A stretch of 64,000 bases of DNA, taken from the NCBI GenBank assembly GCA_032161105.1, contig JAVHTD010000012.1; one strand, 5' to 3'. The first letter of the stretch is position 1, and each line of letters opens with the position of its first letter. The notes under the pieces are model-generated. The model ran no database searches, was not told where the DNA came from, and saw only the letters and a list, made by a program, of their open reading frames with translations. The DNA comes from Candidatus Thermosaccharophagus tengchongensis (GTDB lineage: Bacteria; Armatimonadota; Fervidibacteria; Fervidibacterales; Thermosaccharophagaceae). The position numbers and the translations under genes are program-made. Positions 62,489-64,000 of this stretch are shown here, in pieces.

Positions 62489-63685
62489 GTGGTGGACATG
62501 CCGAAGGTGAGATGTGATTTTGACAGCGGCAATGTCTGCGCAGTCAGCGTGGAACGCCACAATGGTGAATGGCATGTGCGCTTTGCAGCTGACCCACGCG
62601 GTGGCACTGAAACCCTTTGGTTCTACTTCCGTGTAGATGGCGATGCCGGCGATGCCTTCAAACTTATTCTCACGAATGCCGAACTTTGCCTCGGTGGTTA
62701 TGGCGATTGGGGGAAAGTGCATCCGGTTGTCAGGCATCTGTATGACAGTGGGTTGAGCGAAGGCGGGCAAGGAACTGAAGGCTGGCAAAGATGTGAAGGC
62801 GGCACCATGCATAACCTGCCCGATGGAAGGTTTGAGGTCTCTTGGGATGTGTGCTCCCTCACTGGCTCTTTTGAGTTTGCCTTCTGCTACCCGTATACAC
62901 ATCGCGAACTTGAAGAGACCTTGAAGGTTTGCGGAGGCTATTGGCGTTGCGATATTATCGGGGTCACTTCAAAGGGTCGTCCGATGATGCGTTTGAGCAA
63001 TTCATATGGCGATGGTGAGCGAAACCGTTTCGGCGTTTACATCATCGCACGCCAGCATTCTGGGGAGACGCCTGGTTCTTGGGTTCTTGATGGTTTGTTG
63101 CGCTCGGCAACAAACAATTTGTCGCCTGATGAGTTGGTCATATGGGCAGTTCCATTCGCTAACTTAGATGGCGTTGTTGAAGGTGACTATGGCAAAGACC
63201 CTCATCCCATTGACCTTAACAGAGCTTGGTTCTCGCCGATGCCAATGCGTTATGAAGCAGCAGTTATGCAATCCGACATCGTCCGTTTCGCGAAGCGCTG
63301 CAAGTTCATTGCTGCCATTGATCTTCACGCCCCCGGAGCGCTTGAGTCTAACGGCGCGTATTTTCAATTGCTCAAGCCGTTGCAAGCAGCAAGCAATGCG
63401 GCAAAGCGCTTTGTGGATGTCGTAGTGAAACACATGCCAAAGGAACTCATGCGAGAGGAGCCGTTTCAAGTAGCCCAATACCCGTCAAGGTGGAGCAATC
63501 AAAGTGTCCAAGGCGAATTCTCACGCTGGGTATGGGAAAGGTTTGCCATACCAGCAGTAGCATTTGAAACGCCATACAGCAGAAGCCGTGAGACGCTCCT
63601 TCAGGTTGAACACTACAGGCAACTCGGCTCAACGCTCCTTGAAGGGCTAAAGGAGTATGCAAGGACGGTTGGCGTCAAATTGTGA
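62489..63685 (+). CDS. M14 family zinc carboxypeptidase
   Basis: DFDSGN, WFYF, ARQHSGE (HxxE), NLDGV, DLNR, DLH. Confidence 0.85.
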   Translation: MVDMPKVRCDFDSGNVCAVSVERHNGEWHVRFAADPRGGTETLWFYFRVDGDAGDAFKLILTNAELCLGGYGDWGKVHPVVRHLYDSGLSEGGQGTEGWQRCEGGTMHNLPDGRFEVSWDVCSLTGSFEFAFCYPYTHRELEETLKVCGGYWRCDIIGVTSKGRPMMRLSNSYGDGERNRFGVYIIARQHSGETPGSWVLDGLLRSATNNLSPDELVIWAVPFANLDGVVEGDYGKDPHPIDLNRAWFSPMPMRYEAAVMQSDIVRFAKRCKFIAAIDLHAPGALESNGAYFQLLKPLQAASNAAKRFVDVVVKHMPKELMREEPFQVAQYPSRWSNQSVQGEFSRWVWERFAIPAVAFETPYSRSRETLLQVEHYRQLGSTLLEGLKEYARTVGVKL

Positions 63686-63844
63686 ACAGCATCGCATAAA
63701 GCGTTTTGTTAGCGAGCCTTGTGCTCCCGATTTGAAAGTTGGGGTGGAGGGATTTGAGTGCCGCACTGGCGAACGACAACCCAATTTGCCCTAATATGCG
63801 CTTCATTCACGAGAAATCTTGGCGCGCAGTCGCGAGTTTAATTC

Positions 63845-64000
63845 TCATCGCCCAAACCCTTTCGGTCCAATGAGCTCAATAGGGATCGGCTTGAAGCCAA
63901 GTTTGAAAGCGGGTGAGTTTGGACGAAGGCGAAAGTCAAGTTTGTCCTTAGGGGATGGCGAAACAAACAGCGGGTCGGCAAAGACGGAATTGCGGTCAAA
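63845..64000 (-). CDS. C-terminal fragment of a gene running off the window, probably a parallel beta-helix protein
   Basis: Translated by hand: FDRNSVFADPLFVS..DFRLRPNSPAFKLGFKPIPIELIGPKGFGR*. Confidence 0.75.
   Translation of the reverse strand, partial: FDRNSVFADPLFVSPSPKDKLDFRLRPNSPAFKLGFKPIPIELIGPKGFGR

Overview
64-kb bacterial chromosomal window, mostly core and accessory metabolism; no CRISPR array, prophage or IS transposase was seen. Gene content (DUF1559/H-X9-DG prepilin-like protein, large secreted GH-like and beta-helix proteins, clostripain-like protein) suggests Armatimonadota, possibly thermophilic (inference). It contains nuoB-nuoI-thiC-heptose kinase-thiD, fabG/acpS, tldD, a Ser/Arg/Arg/Arg tRNA cluster followed by tadA, lgt, G1P dehydrogenase, smc, ahbC, dnaG plus a divergent sigma70, groESL with a perfect CIRCE, a c-di-GMP HD-GYP module, xerD, pcm, a PilB/GspE ATPase, an archaeal-type thyA, a kinase-MurQ fusion and a CAT tRNA. 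Best leads: a clostripain (C11) homologue whose catalytic Cys is replaced by Ser, a free-standing mini-LAGLIDADG gene with an upstream hairpin, the MurK-like/MurQ fusion, a candidate structured RNA upstream of nuoB, and strong avoidance of several palindromic 4-mers. All calls come from reading motifs by eye; no searches were run.
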